This document shows positions 25,066 through 38,075 of a DNA stretch of 64,000 nucleotides, one piece after another; within the stretch, counting starts at the first letter, position 1; each line of letters starts with the position of its first letter. The notes beneath the pieces are model-generated. The model was not told where the DNA came from. It saw nothing but the letters and a program-made list of their open reading frames with translations, and ran no database searches. Made by a program: the position numbers and the translations under genes. The DNA comes from Eledone cirrhosa (lineage: Eukaryota): NCBI GenBank assembly GCA_964016885.1, contig OZ024760.1:2728001-2792000 (forward strand), read 5' to 3'.

Positions 25066-25102
<37 letters not shown>

Positions 25103-25334
25103 CATACATAATATATATTTACATGATAGTGGCACCATTATATACACATATATATATGTATATATATATATATATGTGTATATATATAATGGTGCCAGTA
25201 CTTTGGTAGGAATGAACACTTGGTAGTGTTTTAAGTCTGCTAATGTTGCAGACACAAATATTGATTTCTTTTTTACCGTTTGTAACAACAAGGAAAGTGT
25301 CAAGGAATATTAACTCTTAAACTCTGTGGAATCG

Positions 25335-25985
25335 GTGAGAGTGTGAGTGAAGGAATGAGTGAGAGGGTGAGTAAGAGGGAGGGTGGGTGGTTGAGTGAGG
25401 GAGGGTGAGTGAGAGGGAGGGTGGGTGGTTGAGTGAAGGAATGAGTGAGAGGGTGAGTAAGGGAGGATGGGTGGTTGAGTAATTGAGTGAGGGAGGGTGA
25501 AGGAGGGGAGGGTCGGTGGTTGAGTGATTGAGTGAGAGAGGGTGAGTGAAGGGAGGGTGGGTGGTTGAGTGATTGAGTGAGGGAGGGAGGGTGGGTGGTT
25601 GAGTGATTAAGTGAGAGAGGGTGAGTGAGGGAGGGTGGGTGGTTGAGTGAGTGAGAGAAAGAGGGTGAGTGAGAGGGAGGGTGGGTGGTTGAGTGAGTGA
25701 GAGAAAGAGGGTGAGTGAGGGGAGGATGGGTGGTTGAGTGAGTGAGAGAAAGAGGGTGAGTGAGGGGAGGATGGGTGTTTGAGTGAATGAGAGAAAGAGG
25801 GTGAGTGAGAAGGAGGGTGGGTGGTTGAGTGATTGAGTGAGAGAAAGAGGGTGAGTGAGAGGGAGGGTGGTTGGTTGAGAGAGAAAGAGAGTGATTGAGT
25901 GAGAGAGAAGATGGCTGAGTGAGTGAAAGAATGAGAGAGAGTGGGTGGTAGAGAGGGTGGGTGAGAGGCTGGGGTGGGGGATAGG
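25335..25985. repeat. G/A-rich minisatellite (GAGGGTGAGTGA / GGGTGGGTGGTTGAGTGA)
   Basis: Tandem degenerate units. Confidence 0.9.
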
Positions 25986-26019
25986 TAGGAGAGATATATA
26001 CCATACACTCATACTGATA

Positions 26020-26990
26020 AATACATGGTTAGAGAACATTATAAATCGCATTTCTCTTGGAGTTACAAAATTAAAAATGATTTATTTAATTGTTATAAAA
26101 CAAAATCCTTCCATTGGCCATATGAAGAGAATGACACGATACTGGGACGAAATAGATCCAGAGCTAAATTACTTCACAGTCAAACAATTACGCGAATAAG
26201 TAATGTTCGTTAGTGTAAAAATAATATGAACATTATTTATTGTAAGTCGCTCAGATTGAACATGCAATCACCAACACGTGCTATAGCTCGCCATGTTACT
26301 AGACTTTCTAGCAGCCAGGCTGAACATCAACAAACAGCAGCAATACACAAACAGTCTCTTGAAACAACTATGGCGCCAAGAATGTTGTCACCACATGATT
26401 CTACCTAGACTGTTGTGGAAAACACTGTTGATTATAATACGTTTGCCATTAGCTGGGAAAATCAAGAGTATAAACAATTGAAATATACCCTTAGTGAAAC
26501 TTTCCAAAAAGAAATTAATTTATGTATAAACATTTCACTCACGGAACTTAATAAAACAACAGCACTAAACAAAATGAAACCAAATAATGAAATTCTGGAT
26601 GCTATTGATGGAATTGCGAGTGAATATTTATGATGAATTAAAACCCCTACATTTTGGCAAATTAACGCCTGTTTATATGCCCTGGCAACGACAGTGAAAC
26701 ATTATCTTGTTGATAACAGCAATGTTAAGAAGAACAAAACACCACCAGAAATACTATCATCTATTACTAAAGTAGAAAAAAAAATTGCTGACTTAAGGAA
26801 AACTATAGGATATGTGACAATGCTCATTACATCCAAACAAAAACATAAAAAAAGTGCACTCCATGAAAAATAAAATAGAAACGATGTTTGGAGATAGTAC
26901 AACCAGAACCCTTCAATATAAGCTGATCACCCTCAAACAAGAATTGAGAGCTCTCAGCGAGAAACTTCAATGCCAGTAAAAATATGTGAA
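26020..26990 (+). pseudogene. Degraded N-terminal region of an RLE-type LINE, R4/Dong-like
   Basis: GHMKRMTRYWDEIDPELNYFTVKQLRE, FWQINACLYALA and EKKIADLRKTI resemble the pre-RT region of R4/Dong elements (recalled similarity); stops and frameshifts. Confidence 0.55.
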
Positions 26991-27229
26991 ACATTCCAAA
27001 AATTCTGCATCTAATAACTGCATGTACACATATACAGACACAAAGGATATACACATGCACACATACAACTCAGAACATCCACACATACATTAACATCCAT
27101 ACCCGCACACACACACATGCATGCAGACATGCATACATATCTCCCTAGTTGATGTTGTCTAAATTCCACTGAAAGAGTCTCGTGTCTATGTTAGCAACCA
27201 GAAGAACCTACATAATAGTCACAAGCTCA

Positions 27230-27930
27230 TGTTCAAGCATTGCCATCGCCTGATAAAATGCTCAAAAGTGTGAGGCATGAATGTGGCTCTTTAAACCAGC
27301 CAAAGACTTACACCATGTGGCACATACATGGCAACTGTAGGCTCCTCTGGGACTTTCCACTGTTTGGTTCTGACTGTGTGTTCTCATATGCCTTTTAACC
27401 CTTTAGCATTCACATTATTTTATATATACTTAGGCGGTGGATTGGCAGTATCGGTAGAGGGTCGGACGCCATGCTTTCCAGCATAGTTACGTCCCTTTAC
27501 GATCTGAGTTCAAATCCCGCCGAGGTTGACTTTGCCTTTCATTTTTACGGAGTCGATAAAATAAAGTACCAGTAATGCACTGGGTAATTGCTGGCCTTGT
27601 GCCTAAAGTAGAAACAATTATTTTATATATACTATTATATTTTCATGGTAAAGGTTTTACCTCGCATAATTATCTCATAATATCGAATCTATGAGATTTT
27701 GAAAGTATTTATTTTGAGAACAATACCTTAACATCAGTTTGAGTGACCAGTTACAGCCAGTTTCAACAGAAAGAGGTAGAGAATTCTGGCCGGTTTTGGC
27801 TGGTTTGAACATTAAATGGTTAAGACCTCCCATGCTTGCACATTCCTTGCCACATTCCTTACACCTTTTCAGATCATAATCTTGATGAGGTCTACTGATA
27901 CGACTTTGTTCATGTCTAATCAAACCAGCT
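27230..27930 (-). pseudogene. LINE (probably RTE) 3' end with two C2H2 fingers, split by a MITE; related fragment 40085-40300(-)
   Basis: CKECGKECASMGGL|KRHMRTH and CHVCATWCKSLAGLKSH. Confidence 0.65.
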
Positions 27931-28195
27931 TTGCTCAGGCAGATTTGACCAGAATACTGGCAAACTAGATGATGTTCAACAGCAGGCAGTTCAAAAAGAG
28001 TCTTGTGTCTATGTTAGAAACCAGAAGAACATACATACATACATACACATACACATACATACACACATACATACATACACATGTACATACACACCTGTGA
28101 TGGCTGCCCCCTCGTTATCGAGTATGGCCATTGCACGATATAACATTATTGATAATTATCAACTGATGCTATCGTGCAATGCCTGTGCATGAAGA

Positions 28196-28644
28196 TTGGT
28201 GGTAGTGGTGGTGGTGGTGGTAGCGGTTGTAGTGGTAGTAGTAGTAGTAGTAGTGGTGGTGGTTGTAGTGGTAGTAGTAGTGGTATTGGTGGTGGTGGTG
28301 GTGGTGGTAGTGGTGGTAGTGGAGGTGGTAGTGGTGGTGGTGGTGGTAGTAGTAGTAGTATTGGTGGTGGTGGTTGTGGTGGTAGTGGTGGTAGTGTTGG
28401 TGGTGGTGGTGGTGGTGGTAGCAGTTGTAGTGGTAGTAGTAGTGGTGGTTGTAGTGGTAGTGGTATTGGTGGTGGTGGAGGTGGTGGTGGTTTTGGTGGT
28501 GGTGGTGGTGTTGTTGGTGGTGGTAGTGGTGGTAGCGGTTGTAGTGGTAGTAGTAGTAGTGGTGGTGGTTGTAGTGGTAGTAGTAGTGGTATTGGTGGTG
28601 GTGGAGGTGGTGGTGGTTGTGGTAGTGGTGGTGGTAGTAGTAGC

Positions 28645-28697
<53 letters not shown>

Positions 28698-28760
28698 CAG
28701 CAGCAGCAGCAGCAGTACTAGAAGCAAGCAGCAGCAGCAGCAGCAGTAGTAGCAGCAGCA
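28196..28760. repeat. (GGT/AGT/AGC)n trinucleotide array
   Basis: Direct reading. Confidence 0.95.
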
Positions 28761-29315
28761 TTAGTATTATTATTGTTGTCAGTATCCAGCTACAAACAAT
28801 CTAATGGTAGATTATATATATATATCATATTATCTCTTATATCATTGTGATTGTGGTTGTTGTATGAGATGGGGTGGAGAGGATGGGGAGGGTGAGATAT
28901 TGAATTTATAACATTATGCTTTAGTGATATTATTTGAAATTCTGGATAGAAATAGGAAATAAAATAAAATGAAATGATATGATAAAAATAAATATATCTA
29001 TTTTTCTAATCTTATTTAACAATATTATGGAAAAGACATATTATTCTTCTAAGAAAGCAATAATTGGGAAGTTTGGAATATTTTAGAGTTCAACCAGTTG
29101 AAACATAGATATCGACAGATATCGGACCGAGGAAACAATGTTTCCATTGGTCTTTCCAATTGCTAATACTGCCTATCGGTCACAACTTCAGGTAGAAAGA
29201 GCAACATGAAATAAAGTGTCTTGCTCAAGGACATACCGCATCACCCGGTCTGGGAATTGAACTGACAACCTCATGATTGGTGAATCCAATTCTCTAACTA
29301 CTCAGCCACGCGCCT

Positions 29316-29367
<52 letters not shown>

Positions 29368-30354
29368 AACGAGTAGGACCCCGACGGCTGAGCTCAAGCC
29401 GTTTCGACGGCTAATTTGTCCAGAATTAGCCGTCGAAACGGCTTGAGCTCAGCCGTCGGGGTCCTACTCGTTCCTATTACCCACTCTACTACCCTAAGTA
29501 TTGAGTACTTTGGTGCGTTATGGTCCACCTGGTTCCTTACCACATTTCCTTCGTTATATATATATATATATATATATCATCATCATCATCATTTTACGTC
29601 CGCTTTTCCCTGCTTGCATATATATAAACTTTATGTCACAAGAATTGGCTGGTGTTGAAATGTTGGATATTTGTTCCAGTTTTCTATAATCTGAGTTCTA
29701 TTCCCACATTGGCCGCCCAATTTTGTCATTTATTTATCTTAATCATCATCATCACCGTTTCACATCCATTCTTCCACGTTAGCATGGGTTAGATGAGTTT
29801 TCCTGTTGGGAGCAATGCTAGATCAGGTGACCATGTTTTGCTCAGACAGAACTGATTTTGGCTTGGTTTCTACAGCTGGATGCCCTTCCTAACACCAACC
29901 TCATTTACAGTGAGTACTGGGTGCTTTTAGTCATGACACCTCCACGACCACTTTACAGTGTGGACTGGGTGCTTTTTGCGGTGACACCTACACGACCACT
30001 TTACAGTGCAGACTGAGTACTTTTTGTCATGATACCTACACGACCACTTTACAGTGTGGACTGGGTGCTTTTTATCTTAATTATAAATTGGTCACCAGGG
30101 ACCATGAGAGAGGCAGAGCCCAGGGTTCTACACACCAGAGAGAATACTCCACCTGGGACCATGAGGCAGTTAGAACCTGAGGTTCTATACACCTGGGAGA
30201 ATACTTTACCTGGGACCACGAGGGATTTAAAGTCTGGGTTCCCCATGCAAGAGAGCATTCTCCACAGTCAAGGTTCTTATCACCAGGATAGAGTTGATTA
30301 AGTATTGTTTCTCATATTTTTGTTGTAGTTGGAAGGGTATAATTATATTTTTGA

Positions 30355-30392
<38 letters not shown>

Positions 30393-31327
30393 TATATATA
30401 TTATATATATATATATATATATACAGTATATATTTATAAACACATAAATCCAGGGATGGTTAAACAGTTCAACCAATAAAATTTGTTCCATATGATATAT
30501 TGATATTTTGTGAGAATGTCCAACATTTAATACATTAATGAGTTGGGAAATTATTTTGGCTTTCAAAGTGTCAGGTATCATAATATAACAGTATTGTGAA
30601 CTGAGTAAATATGACACCTGAGATGACAGGTGATTGGACAGAAAATGGTACAGACTTGGAAATAGAAAGAGCAACTAAGTAATTACGAATGAGAACAGAA
30701 CAGGGTTAATTGATAACCAGTTAAAATAGGCGATCTAATGAAACACTTCTTAATTGGCTCTTTAATGCTGTGTTGCTATTTTTCAGAACTCACCGTCTAT
30801 TGCCTATGAACCCAGCTCCTCAATGTTATCCAAACATTTTGTTTGGTATCTACCCCTGGGTCTCCTGCCGGTTGGATTTTGCCCATAAAATCTGTCCAGT
30901 GATTCTTTCCGGAGACATTCTAACCACATGTCTGTAATAATTTGAACTCAGACCTTAACTCTATGCTGCAAAGCATGGCGTCAATGGTTTCTGATTTAGG
31001 CACAAGGCCAGCAATTTTGGGTGAGGGGGGACAGTGATTAAATCAAACCCAGTACATTACTGGTACTTTATTTTATCGACCCCGTAACAATGAAAGGCAA
31101 AGCTAACCTTGGTGGGATTTGAACTCAGAACATAAAACACTGTACCTCTCTGCTGCGAAGCAGAGAGTTCGATGCTCTACAATCCACATCTCCATAATAA
31201 TACTACAACTCAGTATTATAATTATCAAATTATTTAGTAAAGATATCATTTGTTTCAATATCATCTACATTATTCTTCTGAGAGGTTCCTTTTTGATAAC
31301 TAACTTTCATCCTACAGTTTTTTAGCT

Positions 31328-31372
31328 GTGTACTTAAGGATGAAAGGAATAGAATAAGGTATATTAAATATA

Positions 31373-31403
<31 letters not shown>

Positions 31404-31584
31404 GCACATATATTTAATATACCTTATTCTATTCCTTTTATAAAGGATAAAAGAAATAGAATAAGGTATATTAAATATATGTGTGTGTATATATATATAT
31501 ATATATATGCACATATATTTAATATACCTTATTCTATTCCTTTTATAAAGGATAAAAGGAATAGAATAAGGTATATTAAATATA

Positions 31585-31668
<84 letters not shown>

Positions 31669-31731
31669 TTTAATATACCTTATTCTATTCCTTTTATAAA
31701 GGATAAACGGAATAGAATAAGGTATATTAAA

Positions 31732-31777
<46 letters not shown>

Positions 31778-31824
31778 TATTTAATATACCTTATTCTATT
31801 CCTTTTATCCTTTCAACCTTAAGT

Positions 31825-31830
<6 letters not shown>
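31328..31830. repeat. Alternating-orientation array of a ~45-nt unit with (TA)n centres
   Basis: GGAATAGAATAAGGTATATTAAATATATGTG and its reverse complement, 4 times each. Confidence 0.9.
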
Positions 31831-31881
<51 letters not shown>

Positions 31882-31888
31882 TACATAC

Positions 31889-32497
31889 ATGGTGGCTGCC
31901 AACTCGTTTTCGAGTACGGCCACTACTTTATATCCATGTAGGAGAACCCCTACTGATGCGCTGAACGAGTGTGACTTTTTAGTCCAGCCAGCGACTTGAA
32001 AACTCTGGTACAAACACTACACTTGTGACAATTACTGACACATAGTGCTGGCCCATGGTACCATGTGACGACAAGTGCAGAGAGATCTCCAGATATAAAG
32101 CAATGCCTGTGCCGTGAAGCTTTTATAGTGAGCAAAGGTACTGCACAAAGCCAGTTCCACTCTTAACCAAGATGATATTTACCAAAAGAAAGAACAAGTC
32201 AACATCATTATATACCATCAGAGTTGCAGGTGTTATATCAGAGTTTTCCTTCTCCTAGAATTCTGCCTTGACAAAGGGTAAGGTGTCATCTCTCCCGGTG
32301 ATTTTGGATGGCCATTGACTCTTAAGAGCTCCTTTGCCCTTTGACAGGTTTTGTTTTTAGTCCTGCAGGATGTCCAAAGTCACCCTCCTCACCAAGAAAC
32401 CTTGGTGGGGTTGCCAGTTTAGTCGCCAACGACCCGACCATGAGACAGGTTGTACTGGAATACATGTTACCAGTAGCACCAACTGGTGATCTGACAT
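31889..32497 (-). mobile_element. ~610-bp non-autonomous RTE-derived (bipartite) element; copies 35508-36117 and 38858-39405
   Basis: Three highly similar copies; RTE 5'UTR-like GGAGAAGGAAAACTCTGA, C2H2 remnant, 3' hairpin and (ATGT)n tail. Confidence 0.65.
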
Positions 32498-32498
32498 A

Positions 32499-32531
<33 letters not shown>

Positions 32532-34059
32532 TATATATATGAAGATATATGTGTAAACACACACACATACACACATATATATATATATGATGACTTATGT
32601 TTATGCGTGCACACACACACACAAACATATATATATATATATATATATATGTGGGTGTGTGTGTGTGTGTGTGTGTTTGTACTTATCTTCAAATTTCTAA
32701 CTTTCTTCTCATTTGTTATAGTATTATTTCTTCACCTATTATTGTTTTTACTTATATTTCTTCACCTTTGATTGTGAATCTTCTTCTATAATATATTTTA
32801 TTACTTTGCTGAGTAGATAATGTATTAATATATCTTATCCTTTCATTGAGATGTCTAAGTATTAGAGACAGTTAACCTTATATATTTATAAATATATACT
32901 ATGTAAATAATAATCAAAGAGTATTTAATCTTTCAAACATTTAATAACTAACAATCGTTTCATCCTAGCACAAGGCAGGATTCTTCAGAGTTATTACAAA
33001 AGTTAATACGTGTTATATTACATCAAGCTATATTCATACTTGTAACTGGGTAACATTTAATATTGCTCACCATATATCCTCATCCTCATCATCATCACCG
33101 TTTTACGTCCGTTCTTCCACGCTAGCATGGGTGGAAGAACGGACATAAAACGGTGCTGATATATATATATATACGCATGTATGTATATATATGTGTGTAT
33201 ATATATATATATATCATACATCCGCTTTTTCCCTAAATATATATATTTTTCCCTATATATTTATACTCATAGACTAAGCTGAGGATCCGAATAAGGTGAA
33301 ACATTTGTTCTCAGTATGGTGAACTAATTGTTCTACCAAACTCGTCCCATGGACTGAGTGCTCTACTACTACGGATATAACCTTCCAGTGTTCTATTATA
33401 TATATGATTCTAGCTTGTTTAGAAAGCACAACAGAACCTGATACACACACAAACAAGAACTTTCATCACCTGATCTCATTGGAATTATTACTTCAGGATT
33501 ACATGGAGTTCTAACAATGTTATTGACTCTTCCAAAAACAGGTAGATATCTGTATGTGATATCATAGCAAATATTGTTAAAATAATACAACTTAGTACTG
33601 TAATTATCAGACTATTCAGTAGAGATATAATCATGTTGATATCAGCAACACTGTGTGATAACATCTTGTACTATTTACAAGTGTTGTAAATGGTTTTAAA
33701 CTATTTAGTAAATGTAGTTATATTAGGTATATATACACATACACACCTACACACATACTCCTATGCATATATACATATAAACATACATACACCTACACAT
33801 ACATACATGCATATACATTCACACACACATACACACCTACAGATACATACATGCATATACACACATACATACATATACACATATACACCTACATACACAC
33901 ACCATACACCTACACACATATACACATACACACGTACACACATAGACCTACACATACACATATTCACACCTACACATACATACACATATACACAGATACA
34001 TACACATACACACACACAGACATATACACACATACATACAACTATGGATGTGTTATTAG

Positions 34060-34970
34060 TGGTGGTGGTGTTGTTGTTAATGGTGGTGGTAGTGTTGATG
34101 TTAATGTGGTGTTGCTAATGGTGGTGGTGGTGGTGAACATGGTATTCTTGTTGTTGTTGTTGTTGTTAGTGGTGGTGGTGTTGGTAATGGTGGTGGTGTT
34201 GGTAATGGTGGTGGTGGTGGTGTTATTGTCAATGGTGGTGTTTGTGGTGTTGCTAATGGTGGTGGTGGTGGTATTAATGGTGGTGGTGATGGTGGTGGTG
34301 GTATTAATGGTGGTGGTGGTGGTATTAATGGTGGTGGTGGTGGTGGTATTAATGGTGATGGTGGTGGTGGTATTAATGGTGGTGGTGGTATTAATGCTGG
34401 TGGTGGTGGTGGTGGTGGTGGTATTAATGGTGGTGGTGGTATTAATGCTGGTGGTGGTGGTGGTATTAATGGTGGTGGTGATGGTGGTGGTGGTATTGAT
34501 GGTGGTGGTGGTATTAATGCTGGTGGTGATAGTGGTGGTGATGATGGTGGTGGTGGTGATGGTGGTGGAGGTATTAATGGTGGTGGTGATGGTGGTGGTG
34601 GTATTAATGCTGGTGGTGATAGTGGTGGTGATGATGGTGGTGGTGGTGATGGTGGTGGAGGTATTAATGGTGGTGGTGATGGTGGTGGTGTGATGGTGAT
34701 GGTGGTGATGGTGGTATTAATGGTGGTGGTGATGGTGGTGGTGGTATTAATGGTGGTGGTGATTGTGGTGGTGGTATTAATGGTGGTGGTGATGATGGTG
34801 GTGATGGTGGTGGTGGTATTAATGGTGGTGGTGATTGTGGTGGTGGTATTAATGGTGGTGGTGATTGTGGTGGTGGTATTAATGGTGGTGGTGATGGTGG
34901 TGGTGGTATTAATGGTGGTGGTGATGGTGGTGGTGGTATTAATGGTGATGGTGGTGGTGGTGGTGGTGGT
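34060..34970. repeat. (GGT)n array with TATTAAT spacers
   Basis: Direct reading. Confidence 0.95.
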
Positions 34971-35133
34971 AGAGGTGTTGCTGTTGGGTGTGTTGTATTA
35001 TTTTCTCAAGTGTAAAACAGAATCTAAAAGATAATGTGAGCAGACAATGTTATCTTTAAAGATAGAAGACCAATAATAAACATATAGAACTCTTCAATAA
35101 CAGAAGGAAAGAAAGTGTACTTGTGGGTGTATG

Positions 35134-35229
<96 letters not shown>

Positions 35230-36241
35230 TGTATATGTGTATGCATAATATATATATATATTTATTTATACAAATATGTATATATACATTTATATAAATA
35301 TGTATATATGTACATATATACATACATATATATATACATGTGTATAAACATACAGACAAAAATATATAATAATGCTTGAGGTTCTTCCTGTTTATTCAAG
35401 TATTTCAATTGTATTAAAAGAGAATTCGTGTAAAATGAAGTGTGTATATATCTTCTATATACTGTACCGTCTGTGTTGTTATTTCTGTTTACCTTTTACA
35501 TATATATATGGTGGCTGCCAACTCGTTTTCGAGTACGGCCACTACTTTATATCCATGTAGGAGATCCCCTACCGATGTGCTGAACGAGTGTGACTTTTTA
35601 GTCCAGCCAGCGACTTGAAAACTCTGGTACAAACACTACACTTGTGACAATTATTGACACATAGTGCTGGGCCCATGGTACCATGTGACGACAAGTGCAG
35701 AGAGATCTCCAGATATAAAGCAATGCCTGTGCTGTGAAGCTTTTATAGTGAGCAAAGGCACTGCACAAAGCCAGTCCCACTCTCTTAACCAAGATGATAT
35801 TTACCAAAAAGAAGAACAAGTCAACATCATTGGATACCATCAAGGTTGCAGGTGTTATATCAGAGTTTTCCTTCTCCTAGAATTCTGCCTAGACAAAGGC
35901 TAAGGGGTCATCTCTCCTGGCGATTTTGGATGGCCATTGACTCTTAAGAGCTCCTTTGCCCTTTGACAGGTTTTGTTTTTAGTCCTGCAGGATGTCCAAA
36001 GTCACCCTCCTCACCAAGAAACCTTGGTGGGGTTGCCAGTTTAGTCGCCAACGACCCGACCATGAGACAGGTTGTACTGGGATACATGTTACCAGTAGCA
36101 CCAACTAGTGACTTGACGTACATATATATATACACACATACATACATATACACATATACATGCATGTATGAGTATGTGTGTGTGTCTATGTATGCATGCA
36201 TGTATGTGTTTATATGTTGGTATACATGTATGTATATGTTG

Positions 36242-36356
<115 letters not shown>

Positions 36357-36699
36357 TTAGATAGATAAGTTTAACCCGGGTTCAAGCGGAGGTAACCACA
36401 GTAAGTAAGGTACTCAATTTCTCCCGAATGAAACAGTTCTAGTCCTGTAGAAGCCATTTATATATATATATAAATAAATGAGATAATTGTTTCTACTATT
36501 GGCACAAGGCCAGCAATTATCTCAGTACATTACTGGTACTTTATTTTATCGACCCCGTAAGGATGAAAGGCAAAGTTAACCTCGGCGGGATTTGAACTCA
36601 GAATGGCAAGGGCCGTAACTCTATGCGTCAAAGCATGGCGTCCGATCCCCTACCGATACTGCCAATCCACCGCCCTTAATAAATAAATGAGATAATGAG

Positions 36700-36960
36700 A
36701 TCGAAATCTTGTAGGTGTCACAACAAAAAAAACACACAGTCCACGCTGTAATGTGGCCATGTAGGTAACACAGTAAAAACCTCCCAGTCCACACTGTAAA
36801 TGTGGTTGGTGTTAGGAAGGGCATCCAGCCGTAGAAAACCTGCCAGGTATAGTCCTATATGAGCGAGACACGGTCACCCGACCAACCTTGCCTCAAGTGG
36901 GACAACTCCCGTCTAACCGCAGCTAGCGTGGAAGATGGACGTTAAACGAAGATGATGATA
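36700..36960 (+). mobile_element. SINE-like family with RTE-type 3' end and (GAT)n tail; copies 29745-30070(-), 38200-38570(+), 41740-41960(-), 46905-47150(-), 61460-61640(-), 61870-62140(+)
   Basis: Shared GGTGTTAGGAAGGGCATCCAGC motif and GCTAGCGTGGAAGATGGACGTTAAACG(ATG)n end. Confidence 0.7.
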
Positions 36961-36969
36961 TATATATAG

Positions 36970-37021
<52 letters not shown>

Positions 37022-37249
37022 ACATTCAATCAACAAGATCCTAGACCTGTGTTTGGTCTTTCCAATTGCTAATACCAGTCACAAATCCAGGCAGAAGGAG
37101 CAATGTGAAATCAAGTGTCTTGTTCAAGGACATAATGCATCACCTGGTCCAGGAATCAAACTCACAACTTCACAAATGCAAATCCAATTCTCTAACCATT
37201 CAGCCACATGCCTTCACTAAATATACATATATACATATATATATATATA

Positions 37250-38075
37250 GAAAATAAGGCGGCGGTCCCTTCCGGGAAATGACCATGCTCAGTGTGTAGG
37301 AAAGGCGTAGGTAGAAACTCCATTTTATGTCCCAAATGCAAAGTATGGGTGCATAAAAGATGTAGTGGGATCACAGGTAAGCTAACTAAGAACATAGATT
37401 TTACATGTGGCCGGTGCTCTGGTGCAATAAGTAGCAGCAAGTGCCCACAATACTAGCTCTTTCAATTGCGCAGAGGGTTCTATAGAAATAGTGGACAGCT
37501 TCTGTTACCTGGGTGACAAAATCAGCAGTGGGGGAGGGTGCTATGAAAGTACATTAGCTAGTCAGAACTGGTTGGAAAAAGTTCAGAGAGCTTATACCAC
37601 TATTAGCCGCTAAAGGGTTCTCCCTAAAAATGAAAGGCAGGTTATATGATGCCTGCATACGAACAGCAATGCTGCATGGCAGTGAGACCTGGGCATTGTG
37701 TGCAGATGATATACGCAGACTAGAGAGGAACGAAGCTTGCATGCTCCGCTGGATGTGTAATAGTAATATACATGAACGGCAAAGCATAAACGAACTAAGG
37801 AAAAAATTAGAAATAAGAGGGATCAGATGTTGTTTACTCGAGAGAAGGCTACGTTGGTACGGTCACGTGATGCGCATGAAAGACGACAGCTGTATAACAA
37901 AGTCCAGGGCAATAAAGATAGACGGTAGCCACGGAGTAGGCAGACCCAGAAAAAACCTGGGACGACATGATAAATTCCGACCTCACAGGCTTACACCTCT
38001 CCAAGATAATGTCACTGGACCGAGACCTTTGGCGGTACTCAATAATAGAGAAGACCCGCCTTACCTAAATACAAA
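37250..38075 (+). pseudogene. Diverged RTE-PHD LINE fragment; related pieces 42015-42350(-), 47190-47620(-), 49130-49380(-)
   Basis: CSVC..CPKC..WVHKRC..CGRC, AMLHGSETW, RRLRWYGHVMRM. Confidence 0.88.

Larger units (their letters stand above)
17495..25070. mobile_element. Penelope-like element inserted as a head-to-head inverted duplication (arms ~17558-21273 and 21326-25070, 52-nt spacer)
   Basis: Mirror ORFs with identical translations; the arms differ visibly only in microsatellite or homopolymer length. Confidence 0.93.

Noticed and set aside
30390-30674. Possible host exon on the minus strand (similar candidates at 4455-4672, 13190-13390, 33440-33545)
   Set aside because: No recognisable homology or consistent splice/frame support
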